Assembly (NCBI GenBank): GCA_013239625.1
Contig: MU056050.1
Location: 1,226,084 to 1,290,083, forward strand
Length of the DNA: 64,000 nt
Source of the DNA: Lama guanicoe
Lineage: Eukaryota
Direction: 5' to 3'
The notes below the pieces were generated by a model. That model had not been told where the DNA came from. It searched no databases and saw only the letters and a list, made by a program, of their open reading frames with translations. Each line of letters starts with the position of its first letter. Positions within the stretch are counted from its first letter, which is position 1. Made by a program: the position numbers and the translations under genes. Positions 62,546-64,000 of this stretch are shown here, one piece after another.

Positions 62546-64000
62546 GGGAAAGCCATGGTAGAGGGGATTCCTCTTGGCACTGAGTTGTACCAGCAGAGGC
62601 AATGGAGTGATGCAGGTAAAACCTTCCTACACTTTCTATGCTATAAATGAATGTCTGGGTGTGGGATTCTTGCATTACCATCTGAAAAATTGCCCCACTA
62701 TCTCTTAATTTTCAATGTAGCAGATTAAAATTTGAGTTTACATTGATGCCTGAAATTTCAATACTGCAGAGTATGTGCTAGTCTTTTCCTAGTCATGTTT
62801 AACTCCTCTTCCCAGCAGTGGGAAAAAAAGCTCTCATTATTTATGCACATACTTAAGAAAGACACACAGAGGTAGTTTCAGATTTTTGAATCCATATCAC
62901 TTCAAAAAGAAAATCTATTCACTTAGAATTCAATACTTCTTTTACACCACTGTAATAGGTAAAATTACCATGCAGTGAAATCCACATGTTCTTAAAGTTC
63001 ATTTTGATGAGATTGATACATGCTCTAGAAAGTTTTTTCATATCCCTTCCCAGTAAATCTCCTCCAGAGGAAATCTTTTTTTTTTCTTTTTCACATTGGA
63101 TTAATTTTGCCTGATCTGTAACTTTAAATAATATTAACTATATGATATGTACTCTTTGTTTCTATTTCTGCTCAGCATGTTAACAGTGAGATCCTCCTCC
63201 CGCCACCATTTATGTATCAGTATTTTTCCTATGTATTGCTGAGTGGTATTCCATTGTATGAATGTTACAATTTCTTTTTCCATTCTCCTGTTGCAGGATA
63301 TTTGAATTCTATCTCAGTTTTAGTTATTTTGAATAAAGCCTCCATGAATATTCTTATACAAATCGTTTCATGGAGATATTTTTACATGTCTCTTTAGTAA
63401 GTTTTCATCTTATATAAAAAATATAATCCTAGTGGAATTATGATGGAAATTGTTTTGAAACAGTCTGCTCTATTTTCCTCCATTCTCAATCAGAATCTAT
63501 TCTGATCCACTGGTCAATTTATCATTGTACCACTACCGCACTGTCTTAATTAGTGTAGTTGGAGCATAAACTTAAATTCAAATAATTTGCCTTTGAAATG
63601 TGTACTTACTTCTTAAGATTGTTTCAGCTATTGTAACCTCTTTGTATTTCTACATATAATTTATAGTCAGCTTTTAGAGCAGTTATGTTGGACATATTTT
63701 TATTTTACTCTTAAATATTTTATATTATTCAGAATAGCATTTTAATTTTATTTTGTTTGCTGATAGTATGCAGAAATATAATTTATGTTTTTGTATTGAC
63801 CTTGTATTTTGGAATCTTGCTAAAGCAATTTATGGCAGTAGCTTTTAATTTGTTTAAGAAGTTATTATATAGAGAGTAGTATCTTCTTCCATTAAAAGAA
63901 CAGTTTTGTTTTATCCTTCTTAATGTTCAGACCTTTCATTCCTATTGTCTTATTGCTATGACTAGGATATCTAGTACAATCCTCAATAGACATGTTTAGA

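Overview
This is AT-rich, CpG-poor mammalian (placental) genomic DNA, made mostly of nested, decayed LINE-1 fragments of several ages, most of them on the minus strand. It also holds solo LTRs (MaLR/MLT1-like, ERV1-like, MER21-like, and a younger LTR with a 6-bp TSD) and a few DNA-transposon relics (MER2-, MER53- and MER5A-like). The young L1 3' ends, a tRNA-Ala-type SINE head, and the absence of recognisable Alu/B1/BovB/PRE-1/Can-SINE suggest a cetartiodactyl, most likely a camelid (inference). No intact protein-coding gene is recognisable. Nearly all ORFs in the track are L1/LTR remnants or chance ORFs. The clearest non-TE features are products of L1-mediated RNA retroposition: a full-length frameshifted RPL36AL processed pseudogene (24339-24887, minus), a tailless 5'-half tRNA-Val(CAC) retrocopy with a perfect 15-bp TSD (14835-14872, minus), and a tRNA/SINE-head + L1 3'-end chimera (56606-56857, minus). 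The few repeat-free islands contain plus-strand exon-like modules that may be remains of a decayed gene or a lncRNA; this is speculative. Repeat subfamily names come from recalled consensus similarity and boundaries of old repeats are approximate. I found no supportable evidence for a wholly new biological system.
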